Virus record (IMG/VR): IMGVR_UViG_3300020045_005836
Span: 1 to 54,677 of that record
Length of the DNA: 54,677 nt
Reading direction: 5' to 3' (one strand)
Source of the DNA: a virus
Taxonomy: Duplodnaviria; Caudoviricetes
Program-made: the position numbers and the translations under genes
Shown: positions 8,093-16,429 of the stretch, piece after piece
Numbering within the stretch: the first letter of the stretch is position 1
Layout: every line of letters starts with the position of its first letter
The notes under the pieces: generated by a model
What the model was told of the DNA's origin: nothing
What the model saw: only the letters and a program-made list of their open reading frames with translations
The model's database searches: none

Positions 8093-9679
8093 ATGCAAGT
8101 ACTACAAGGACCAATGTTTGAGGAAGTTCCGAGCACTGAAGTTTTTATTGCTTGGCGTGACTCTATGTCAAGCCGGTTCTGTGCACTTTCAAGAGCTAAA
8201 TCACTGTTCACGGTAGATACTTCACGCTTGTGGAGTATCTACCTTACAGCTATGCCTATTGGATCACGGCAATACCATACATGCCATACGTGTAAGCGCT
8301 TCATTGAGTCTTATGGTGGTATCGTCTATCTTGATACTGACTTTAATGTGCGCTCTGCTATATGGGACGTGACTATCACGCCTGAGTTCTACAAACCTGC
8401 TGTACAAGCTATGATCGCTCAGATTGAGAAGTCAAAGATTAAGGACTTCTTTTACTGTGACGACCCACTTCTTGGTGTGCCTACTACAGGTTTTTGGTCA
8501 CATTTTGCAGTACAACAAGCAGATAACGCTTTATGGCGGACAAGCGGTACGGATCATTCTATCATAGCTGAAAAGCGAGAGGACTTCAAGAATATCCAGC
8601 TTGTGCTGAAAGAATGGCCCTCTGTTTATGTTGACCAGGTAGTGCACCTGCTGAAGACAAACCAGCTCTACCGGTCTGAAAAGTCATTAGGGATGATGAC
8701 GTGGCTGCAGCAGTTGTACAAAGACGTGCATCGTGTATCACGGCGGGCTAACCCGGTATGGGCAGCTATTGCTACAGCTCCTGCCGGCTTCTGCCATCCG
8801 AGATCTTCCGTTATAGGGTCTTTGATGGATGACTTACTAAGCGGTGTTCCTTTTCGTATCGCTGCAGAAAGGTTTGCAAAAAAGATGCACCCGACCAAGT
8901 ATTTACGGCCACAGGCACCACCAAAGGACACTGCTATTGAAGTGGCCGAGCGCCTTATACGTGATCTTGGTGTCGCAAAGTCCCTTGACCGGCGGTACGC
9001 TGACATACGAGATATTCAAGAGTTTCTGTGGAGGCCTACTCCTGCAGCACCAAAAGATACTTTGCCTGGCATATTTGAGCATCTGAAGAAAAGCCCAATT
9101 TCTCCAGACTTACATGGCCCTGCTATCACTATAACCTGGGCTAAGTTCCAGGATACAGTGCTACCTACCGCTGATGCTATTGCGTACTACGTGCCAAGTG
9201 TGTTACCCGCCAGAATCTTTACGACGGCAACGCACTTTGACGCGCCGCCAATACTGCAGTGGGACTCACCAGAGCACAGAAACCCGGTTAGCAGCTACAT
9301 GTGGCACGGTGGTTCAAAAGCTGCATCTCTTTCACTCTGTGCAGGCACATACGTTGATGTGTACGGCATCATTCGAAGTCCTGCGCACTGGAATGGCTGT
9401 GCTAGTCCAAATGTAGCTGAAACAATTTCATTTCTCCTTTCAGGAGCTCGGGAAGGTCGACAAGGGGGCTTAGCCCTGTTTCCTGAAACTTTGAAATCAA
9501 CTCTGCACTCTTGCAGAGCTGTTATTGAAGCCCATAGTAAAAGATCGGCGCTGTTTGACACAGGTGCTCCGCATGTTATTGGGGCGTCTTTCAGCAAAGA
9601 CTCTGTTTTTACTCATGGACAGCTGTGGGTGACGACTGGTAGTTTTAAAACATACTATAAGATCGATAGGTGGGACTGA
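8093..9679 (+). CDS. large conserved hypothetical protein
   Basis: 528-aa ORF with an HTCHTCKRF motif; alternative start at 8114. Confidence 0.75.
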   Translation: MQVLQGPMFEEVPSTEVFIAWRDSMSSRFCALSRAKSLFTVDTSRLWSIYLTAMPIGSRQYHTCHTCKRFIESYGGIVYLDTDFNVRSAIWDVTITPEFYKPAVQAMIAQIEKSKIKDFFYCDDPLLGVPTTGFWSHFAVQQADNALWRTSGTDHSIIAEKREDFKNIQLVLKEWPSVYVDQVVHLLKTNQLYRSEKSLGMMTWLQQLYKDVHRVSRRANPVWAAIATAPAGFCHPRSSVIGSLMDDLLSGVPFRIAAERFAKKMHPTKYLRPQAPPKDTAIEVAERLIRDLGVAKSLDRRYADIRDIQEFLWRPTPAAPKDTLPGIFEHLKKSPISPDLHGPAITITWAKFQDTVLPTADAIAYYVPSVLPARIFTTATHFDAPPILQWDSPEHRNPVSSYMWHGGSKAASLSLCAGTYVDVYGIIRSPAHWNGCASPNVAETISFLLSGAREGRQGGLALFPETLKSTLHSCRAVIEAHSKRSALFDTGAPHVIGASFSKDSVFTHGQLWVTTGSFKTYYKIDRWD

Positions 9680-9933
9680 TGAAAACACCGTATCTCAGAG
9701 ACTTAACTGCAGTACAAGTTGTCAAACGGCTACGTAAAAGGTTTCCAGGAGCAGTGTGCTGTGCTACTAAAAACACGTGGATGCACGCAGACTACGATGA
9801 TCCTACGCCTGAAGCACAAGTTTATGTGGCTACTATAGGTTTGACCATGAATCATAAAACGCTCAGAGAAGCCTACAAGGCCTTCTTTTGGGAATTTAAG
9901 GAGGTGATTGCAGCACGCGAGATGGCCCAGTAA
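9679..9933 (+). CDS. hypothetical protein
   Basis: TGATG overlap with the upstream gene. Confidence 0.55.
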   Translation: MKTPYLRDLTAVQVVKRLRKRFPGAVCCATKNTWMHADYDDPTPEAQVYVATIGLTMNHKTLREAYKAFFWEFKEVIAAREMAQ

Positions 9934-9935
9934 CA

Positions 9936-9997
9936 CCAATTTCGCTTAAGATAAAATAAATGTTTACTTTTTTATTTTTATAGGTTATAATTTAATT
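9936..9997 (+). promoter_or_regulatory. sigma70-type promoter P3
   Basis: TTTACT (9963-9968), 17 nt, TATAAT (9986-9991). Confidence 0.85.
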
Positions 9998-10062
9998 TTG
10001 AAGCTGAGTAGAAAATCGTTTGTAGGCGCAGTACAATTCATTAAAAACCTGAGGAGGTTACC

Positions 10063-10617
10063 ATGGCTGAAGTAAATCGTAGGGAACAAGTAAAGGAACT
10101 TATCGCGTCTGGTACTTACACCAAAGCTGAAATCGCTGAAAAGCTCAGCGTCAACGCATCGTCTGTATCTTCACAGATGACATACCTGCGCTGGATGGGA
10201 AACTTCATTCTCGCCGATGCTGATAAGAAACTCCGGTTCTGCACCGAGGACGAGTGGAACGCAGCCCAGGAAGTTGTTATTGCCAACCGCAAAGCAAAGT
10301 CCAACACCGCTTCCAAGACTCCGCAAGAGCAGGCCAATGCGCTGGCAAAGACTCTTGTCGGCCAGAAGAAAATGTACGAGAAGGCCGTTGCCAAGTGTAC
10401 TCAGATCGACGCTGACCTCGCTCTTGAGCCGTCCGACATCGAGCTTCAGGAACTGAAGGCTGAGGCTGATGCCAATGCAACGCTCCTGCGTATCAAGATC
10501 GCTCGTAATGAGAAGCGCGCCACTGAGTTGCCTGCACCGGAAGCTGTGGTTGCTGCTGAGGTTGTGGACGAGGCTGATGCAGACGAGACCACTGACGGAG
10601 ACGAAGATCTTCTGTAA
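10063..10617 (+). CDS. putative HTH DNA-binding protein with coiled coil and acidic tail
   Basis: YTKAEIAEKLSVNASSVSSQM HTH-like segment; GAGGAGG SD; own promoter and terminator. Confidence 0.7.
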   Translation: MAEVNRREQVKELIASGTYTKAEIAEKLSVNASSVSSQMTYLRWMGNFILADADKKLRFCTEDEWNAAQEVVIANRKAKSNTASKTPQEQANALAKTLVGQKKMYEKAVAKCTQIDADLALEPSDIELQELKAEADANATLLRIKIARNEKRATELPAPEAVVAAEVVDEADADETTDGDEDLL

Positions 10618-10645
10618 GATCTAACATTTTAAATCTGTAGTAACT

Positions 10646-10676
10646 ACCCGCTTGAGTTAATTCTCAAGCGGGTTTT
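10646..10676 (+). terminator. intrinsic terminator
   Basis: ACCCGCTTGAG-ttaatt-CTCAAGCGGGT followed by a T-run. Confidence 0.8.
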
Positions 10677-10695
10677 CTCAGTAGGAGGATTCATC

Positions 10696-11379
10696 ATGCC
10701 AAATGTCCAAACATACAATGAGATGTCTGTAGAAGTTATGCAGGCAACCCCTTATCCAGCAGAGCTAGTGGCTTTAGCGCAGAGTATAACGATGAACTCT
10801 GTTGCCTCTGCTGAGATACCCGCCTTTACACACAAGAAAGCGAAGTTCTTGCTTGACGCTGAGCATGCTTCGCTCTTTGAGCACGTCGTCTATACGTTCC
10901 TCATTCAGGGTGTCTCTCGATCATTCTTAGCTCAAATCACACGTCAACGTACCGCGTCACCCACCAGTGGCTCTCAGCATTATCAGAGCTATGAGGACTA
11001 CCCCTGTGTCATTGCTCCTAACAAAGAGGGGCAAGTAAAAGACTTATACCAGTATCTATTCAATACGTCTATTGAAATATATAAAGCGCTGCTCGAGCAT
11101 GGTGAACCACGTGAAGAAGCTCGGCAGGTGCTGACGAACGCAGCAGCTGTTAATTACCTCTGGACAATCGATGCTCGCAATCTCTACATGTTTCTGCGCA
11201 TGCGGTTATGTCACCGTAATGTGACTGAGATGAGTACCTTTGCTGAGCAGGTACTATCACTGGTACGCCCACACTTTCCCGAGTTGTTTGATAATGTAGG
11301 ACCACAGTGCTTCATGGACAAGTGTAAGCAGGGCTTTTTACAATGTAAACGAGGTCCTTGGAAACAACCAAGCTGTTGA
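10696..11379 (+). CDS. thyX: FAD-dependent thymidylate synthase (divergent motif)
   Basis: H.SLFEH..YTF.I.GVSR, RQR-x7-S, EEAR..L, ARNL..FLRMR.C and C-terminal GP.C...C..G...C. Confidence 0.85.
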   Translation: MPNVQTYNEMSVEVMQATPYPAELVALAQSITMNSVASAEIPAFTHKKAKFLLDAEHASLFEHVVYTFLIQGVSRSFLAQITRQRTASPTSGSQHYQSYEDYPCVIAPNKEGQVKDLYQYLFNTSIEIYKALLEHGEPREEARQVLTNAAAVNYLWTIDARNLYMFLRMRLCHRNVTEMSTFAEQVLSLVRPHFPELFDNVGPQCFMDKCKQGFLQCKRGPWKQPSC

Positions 11380-11457
11380 TCGCGGTACCCAGAGCGGGAA
11401 TAAAGTCTAAGCCATTTTCCGGCACTTGCATAAAGTGTCATCAACAGTGAGGTTATT

Positions 11458-11733
11458 ATGCCATATTTGTTTTTTGCAGGCCCTGGCAATTATGTAAACC
11501 ATTATAGGCTTCACGCTACTAAGGCTGAGAAAAAAGCTTTGAAGAAAGCAAAAACCGCACTACGGCTCAGTAAGAATGGAGCTCATAAATGCGGTGGTCA
11601 TACGTGGTATGGTCCTAAAGACTTTACCAAGGAAGAGATTACACGCCGCAACATACTAGCTTTCGCGGTCCTGAATGAAGGCCAGCGAGTATGTAAAGGT
11701 TGTGGAAAAGGACAAGGAGTACAACATGCCTGA
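11458..11733 (+). CDS. hypothetical basic protein
   Basis: GAGGT SD before ATG 11458. Confidence 0.5.
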   Translation: MPYLFFAGPGNYVNHYRLHATKAEKKALKKAKTALRLSKNGAHKCGGHTWYGPKDFTKEEITRRNILAFAVLNEGQRVCKGCGKGQGVQHA

Positions 11734-12088
11734 TATCACTCTTAAAGAGATGATGACTGGTATTACCGCGCAGCAGAAGCTCAGAGGTGTAGTGTACTCC
11801 GAGATGACGGCTGACCAGAGGATAAAGTACGCGAGTGAATGCGCGCATGCTCTTCTTGTAGAAGCAGCCGAGCTCTCCTCCTCTTGGCCATTCGCTTCAT
11901 GGAAAACTACACCTATTGATCGTGAGAACATAGAGCGCGAGATTATTGACTGCGTTTTCTTTCTGGTCAATATCGCTAGTAGCTTCTACATCACCCCTGA
12001 AAAGCTTCAGGACCGCTATGAGTGGGTCTTAGCGAATAACCTGCGGCGCATCGAGAACGGCGAGCATCAGGAGGTGGAGCTTAAGTGA
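11726..12088 (+). CDS. all-alpha dimeric dUTPase-like NTP pyrophosphatase
   Basis: AL.VE.AEL...W.F..WK....DRENI..EIID..FF motif; AAGGAG SD before ATG 11726. Confidence 0.8.
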   Translation: MPDITLKEMMTGITAQQKLRGVVYSEMTADQRIKYASECAHALLVEAAELSSSWPFASWKTTPIDRENIEREIIDCVFFLVNIASSFYITPEKLQDRYEWVLANNLRRIENGEHQEVELK

Positions 12089-12227
12089 TAAAGCACCGAC
12101 ATCGGCGTTAGCCACTTTTACACTACACTGGTTATGTGTTAACTAGGGCTTGGACCGCTTGACCTACACGGTAGCACACAAGCCACGCGCGAGGACTACG
12201 AGGAGAAACTATGAACGCAAAACTTTT

Positions 12228-12791
12228 ATGACGAGGACTAAAATGATCACAGGTATTTGTCGCATCTCTTTTCCGGCCCTTTTTGAACCAAAAGCAAATC
12301 CATCAGGCGTGCTGAAGTTTTCGTGCTCTTTGCTGATTCCGAAGACTGACGTAGCTAATGTTGAGCGCGTACGCGCTGCGGTTGACAAAGCTATTGAGCT
12401 TGGAAAAGAAAAAATCTGGAAGGGCAAGCTGCCCAAGTTCAGATACGAGCCCCTGCGAGACGGTGACGCTGAGCTTGAGTCTGGAGAAAAGACTTCCAAA
12501 GAGTACGCCGGCCATTTCTTTGTCAACTGCTCTTCCGCAACCGCGCCAGGTGTTGTAGGCCCTGACTCTAAGCCTCTCTTCGACAGGGACTCTATCTATG
12601 CCGGCTGTTATGTCCGCGCGGATATTAACGCCTTTCCTTACTCTCAGGGCGGTAATAACGGTGTAGGCTGGGGCTTGAATAATATCATGCTGGTACGTGA
12701 GGGCGAGCGCCTTGATGGCCGTCAGTCTGCTGAGGACGCATTCAAAGAGTTTGTTGAGCCTGCTGCTGAGGGTGACTCTCAGCTGATGTAA
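12228..12791 (+). CDS. DUF2815 family single-stranded DNA-binding protein
   Basis: RISF..LFEP, SLLIPK.D, PLRDGD, YAGCY.RA, GN.GV..GLNN....GERL.G and an acidic tail. Confidence 0.9.
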   Translation: MTRTKMITGICRISFPALFEPKANPSGVLKFSCSLLIPKTDVANVERVRAAVDKAIELGKEKIWKGKLPKFRYEPLRDGDAELESGEKTSKEYAGHFFVNCSSATAPGVVGPDSKPLFDRDSIYAGCYVRADINAFPYSQGGNNGVGWGLNNIMLVREGERLDGRQSAEDAFKEFVEPAAEGDSQLM

Positions 12792-12808
12792 TTTTCTTTC
12801 TGTAACAC

Positions 12809-12839
12809 AAAGGGACCTAGAGCACCAGGTCCCTTTTTT
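12809..12839 (+). terminator. intrinsic terminator
   Basis: AAAGGGACCT-loop-AGGTCCCTTTTTT. Confidence 0.85.
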
Positions 12840-12874
12840 GCGCTATTTTGTATACACTTTTAGAGAGGAGAATT

Positions 12875-13390
12875 ATGCCAACTTATTACGCTTACTGCGC
12901 GTCATGCGAGTTAGCAGGTACGTACGACTTTACCACTCCACCGGCTATGTGTAGTTGTAAGACGTGCGGCCGTGTACTAACCGATACACACCCTATGAAG
13001 TCTGACCCAAGCACCTCTGACACTGAGTCTATATCTACAACTGTGGTCGACCCAATGGCTCTATTTATGGATAAAGTAAACCACTCAGGGGATACTAAAA
13101 AGCTTGACCAGGGGAAATACATGGCCGGTGTTCTTGAGGATTTCCTTCCAGCTCTTAAAGAGATTGCCAAGCTTGGCTCAATGAATAACAAGCCCTTTGG
13201 TAAGTATGAAAGAGGCTCGTGGATGGAAGTTGAGGACGCTGAGCGACGATATCTCGATGGCTGGTGGCGGCATGTGAACGAGGGCCGGCATAACATTGAC
13301 CCTGAGTCTGGTATGCCTCATGACGTTGCTATCGCTTGGAACTCAATCGTGTTAGTATGGTTTCGGCTCAAACGAGAGGGTAAGATATGA
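12875..13390 (+). CDS. DUF5664 (dATP/dGTP diphosphohydrolase-associated) domain protein with an N-terminal Zn ribbon
   Basis: K.DQGK, KY...SW, RY.D...RH and DPESG.PH....AWN motifs; CASC/CKTC at the N-terminus. Confidence 0.8.
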   Translation: MPTYYAYCASCELAGTYDFTTPPAMCSCKTCGRVLTDTHPMKSDPSTSDTESISTTVVDPMALFMDKVNHSGDTKKLDQGKYMAGVLEDFLPALKEIAKLGSMNNKPFGKYERGSWMEVEDAERRYLDGWWRHVNEGRHNIDPESGMPHDVAIAWNSIVLVWFRLKREGKI

Positions 13391-15393
13391 CCCAGGTATC
13401 GTTGGTTAACTTGCCTTCTGAGTTGTGGATTGACTTTGAAACCTACTCTGAATGTGACATCAAGACTCGCGGCGGTATGAACTATGCCAAGCACCCGTCT
13501 ACACAAACCATTTGTATGGGCTACGCGTTCGATGATGACGAGCCGCTTCTTTATACTCCTGATAAAGAGCTACACCCAGAAGTAATATCATATGTAGAAG
13601 CAGGACTACCTGTGTACGCACACAGTGCAACGTTTGACTTCAGAATATGGAACTTTATTGGCCATGAACAATTTGGATGGCCTGCACTATCACTGGACCA
13701 GATGGTTGATACAATGGCCTTGTGTCAGACATTTCAAGTGCCCGCTTCGCTAGCTGACGCTGGTGCAGCGCTGAACATAAGCATGCCCAAGAACCCAGAA
13801 GGCGCTGCATTAATCCGGGCATGCTGTCAGCCTCAAAAGAATGGCGTGCAGCCTACTCCCTGGGGCGTGAACGCAGAAAAGTTTAAGCGCTTGTATATGT
13901 ACTGCCTCAGAGATATAGAGGCTATGCGGCAAGTTGCAAATGCTTTGCCCCGTAAAGTTCTTATTCCTCGTGAACAAGCATTATGGGAACTTACTTACAA
14001 GATGAACACAGTGGGTTTACCAGTAGACTACGGGGCTATACTTAAAATAAAGAATCAGTTAGACTCATACATAGCACGAGCACTGCGAGTAGTACCAAAG
14101 CTTAGCGGCGGTGCATTCTCCACCCTTGGTCAAATACAAAAGATTCGTGACTGGTGTGAAGAGAACGGGTACTTTATGGAGTCATTAGACGCGGCTACTG
14201 TAGCAGCAGCTATTGACGATGTGAAGTGCTCTCAAAAAGTGAGAGAAGTGCTTTGCTTGAGGCAGGAACTTGGTAGGTCCTCTACAGCTAAATACACGAA
14301 GCTCGTAGGGCTCGCATGTAAAGGCGATGATGGAAACTACTGGATACACGACAACTTGGCTTTTCATGGTGCAGGTCCTGGTAGATGGGCGGGCCGTGGT
14401 TTTCAGGTTCATAATCTTCCCCGCGCTTCTGTTGAAGACCCCGAGGCATATGTTCAATGCTTTTATCACGAGGATGGTTTTGGACCTGATACCACCTGGG
14501 TTGCTAAAGGCCTAATACGCCCCATGATAAAAGCTCCTGAAGGGTATGCCTTACTTGTGTCTGATTATTCAGGTATTGAGAACCGGTTACTTCACTGGCA
14601 CGCTAATGACGAAGACGCTTTGAACGACTTTCGAGCAGGCGTTGACCAGTACAAGACTATGGCGTCCGCAAGGTATCATGTAGAGTACAAAGCTGTTACT
14701 AAGCCCCAACGGCAGATGGGCAAGGTTATCATCCTTGGCTGCGGCTATCAGATGGGCAAGGACAAGTTCAAAGAGACCGCCAAAGTTCAATTCGGCTTAG
14801 ATATAGAGCTGGCTGAAGCCGAGGCCGCCGTTAAAGCGTATCGCGCCAAGTACACTGAAGTAGTGCAGCTCTGGGATGGCCTTAAGAATGCCGCAGCTCG
14901 TACGGTTATCTCTGGCCAACAGACAACATATAACCGCATCACTTTCGGCTTGGCCAAGGTAAAAGGCATTAAGTGGCTCGCAATGAAGCTCCCTTCAGGC
15001 AAGTGCATTTACTACATGTCCCCTGAGATTCATCATTTATTCATACCTGACTATGAATCAATGGGCCGTGTACCAACAGTAACACACATGGGTGTCAACC
15101 CGTACAGTAAAAAGTGGGGAAGACTAAAACTTATCCCAGGCCGCATAACGGAGAACGCGGTTCAGGGCACGGCTCGTGAGGTTATGGCTCAAGGTATGTT
15201 AAATGTAAAAGAGCGTATGCCTGAGGTAACTCAAATTGCCACGGTACATGACGAGGACATCGCGCTCATCAAGATTAGTGACATACGGTCAGATACTTTA
15301 GATCGATTCAATGAATGCTTGTGTGACATTGAATGGGCTAGAGACCTGCCATTAAAAGCAGAAGGGTGGATTGGTTCAAGGTATAAAAAATAA
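13387..15393 (+). CDS. DNA polymerase, family A (APSE-like)
   Basis: Exo I IDFETYS, YC.RD, GRWAG..Q.HNLPR, motif A DYSGIE.R, motif B RQ.GK...L..GY and motif C VHDE. Confidence 0.95.
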   Translation: MTQVSLVNLPSELWIDFETYSECDIKTRGGMNYAKHPSTQTICMGYAFDDDEPLLYTPDKELHPEVISYVEAGLPVYAHSATFDFRIWNFIGHEQFGWPALSLDQMVDTMALCQTFQVPASLADAGAALNISMPKNPEGAALIRACCQPQKNGVQPTPWGVNAEKFKRLYMYCLRDIEAMRQVANALPRKVLIPREQALWELTYKMNTVGLPVDYGAILKIKNQLDSYIARALRVVPKLSGGAFSTLGQIQKIRDWCEENGYFMESLDAATVAAAIDDVKCSQKVREVLCLRQELGRSSTAKYTKLVGLACKGDDGNYWIHDNLAFHGAGPGRWAGRGFQVHNLPRASVEDPEAYVQCFYHEDGFGPDTTWVAKGLIRPMIKAPEGYALLVSDYSGIENRLLHWHANDEDALNDFRAGVDQYKTMASARYHVEYKAVTKPQRQMGKVIILGCGYQMGKDKFKETAKVQFGLDIELAEAEAAVKAYRAKYTEVVQLWDGLKNAAARTVISGQQTTYNRITFGLAKVKGIKWLAMKLPSGKCIYYMSPEIHHLFIPDYESMGRVPTVTHMGVNPYSKKWGRLKLIPGRITENAVQGTAREVMAQGMLNVKERMPEVTQIATVHDEDIALIKISDIRSDTLDRFNECLCDIEWARDLPLKAEGWIGSRYKK

Positions 15394-15403
15394 GGAGTTT
15401 GTT

Positions 15404-15673
15404 ATGACTGGTACTGTAGATGAACTAAAAGACCACGTTCGGGCATTGAAAGACGCAGTCGATGATATGCGAGATGCCATAAGTTCACTTGAGATAGGAC
15501 TGAGAAGTGCAGTACTAAACCCACTTGAGCGAGCTGGCGTATCAGCAATACTAAGGGATGTAGTTGAGCACCATTCAAACTTTGATAAAGAGTATAGTGT
15601 CATAATGAGATTCGACGTGCACCCTATAATCTCCTACCCAGCGTCAAGTAAGGATGAAATCTCTGAGTTATAA
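15404..15673 (+). CDS. hypothetical protein
   Basis: TAAGGAG SD before ATG 15404. Confidence 0.6.
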   Translation: MTGTVDELKDHVRALKDAVDDMRDAISSLEIGLRSAVLNPLERAGVSAILRDVVEHHSNFDKEYSVIMRFDVHPIISYPASSKDEISEL

Positions 15674-15688
15674 GTCCAAGGTATAAAA

Positions 15689-15949
15689 ATGAACCATAAG
15701 TATGACCTAAGTATTGGTATGTTTACCAAGTCTGACTTGCGAGTTGCGTCGCCAGAAGAAATACGTGAAGCTCTTCGCAATGGTAAATTACACAAGTATA
15801 CAGAAGGTAAAGCAGAGGTAACGTTCGTGGAGTATAACGATCATATTTACGTACTCGAAATGAAAGGAGTGACAAGTGAATCCGAACGACGTAGTGTTGA
15901 CGAGAGAGCAGATAAATCGACAAGCCCGCAAGATGAGCCACTGGGTTAA
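15689..15949 (+). CDS. hypothetical protein
   Basis: ORF with AAGGT SD. Confidence 0.5.
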   Translation: MNHKYDLSIGMFTKSDLRVASPEEIREALRNGKLHKYTEGKAEVTFVEYNDHIYVLEMKGVTSESERRSVDERADKSTSPQDEPLG

Positions 15950-16175
15950 CGTGGCACAAGAGCTGTACAGTTCCAAAGATGAGCAGCACATCCTTAGTAT
16001 GCTGCACACTGAACTTGAAACAAAGAAGCGGTACTACATTGTCCAGAGAATATACGCGCATTATAACTCGGTGCGTAGAAAGCGTGAACTTATGGAGATA
16101 CAAGCATGGAATCGGAAAAGCACACAGAGCGGTATCTTGTCAAACAAGTCAGAGCCCTCGGAGGTCTCTGCATAA
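15876..16175 (+). CDS. hypothetical protein
   Basis: AAGGAG SD before GTG; usual position upstream of VRR-NUC. Confidence 0.6.
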   Translation: MNPNDVVLTREQINRQARKMSHWVNVAQELYSSKDEQHILSMLHTELETKKRYYIVQRIYAHYNSVRRKRELMEIQAWNRKSTQSGILSNKSEPSEVSA

Positions 16176-16429
16176 AGTGGGTATCCGAGTCCAATCGCGG
16201 TGTGCCTGACAGAATCTGCTTGCTGCCTAATGGCATCATTCGATTTGTAGAAGTTAAATCGGAAGGTGAAGAACCTTCTCCGCTACAACAGCATGTTATT
16301 AAAAATCTACGTAACCTTGGCTTCATAGTAGAAGTGCTAGACACTAAAGCTAAGGTTGACTTCTTTTTATGTAGTATATACAAAATGGAGGTGTTACATG
16401 ACCTTAGTAGAGTACTTCAGTACCCTTGA
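16106..16429 (+). CDS. VRR-NUC domain nuclease
   Basis: E..L...V..LGG...K, GVPDR, FVEVK and LQ......L..LG motifs. Confidence 0.9.
   Translation: MESEKHTERYLVKQVRALGGLCIKWVSESNRGVPDRICLLPNGIIRFVEVKSEGEEPSPLQQHVIKNLRNLGFIVEVLDTKAKVDFFLCSIYKMEVLHDLSRVLQYP

Noticed and set aside
11380-12210. tRNA genes in the intergenic gaps
   Set aside because: No cloverleaf or T-loop consensus recognised.
12875-13390. 2-aminoadenine (Z) genome pathway
   Set aside because: No PurZ-like ORF is seen; DUF5664 alone is common in phages. The genome is incomplete, so this is not fully excluded.
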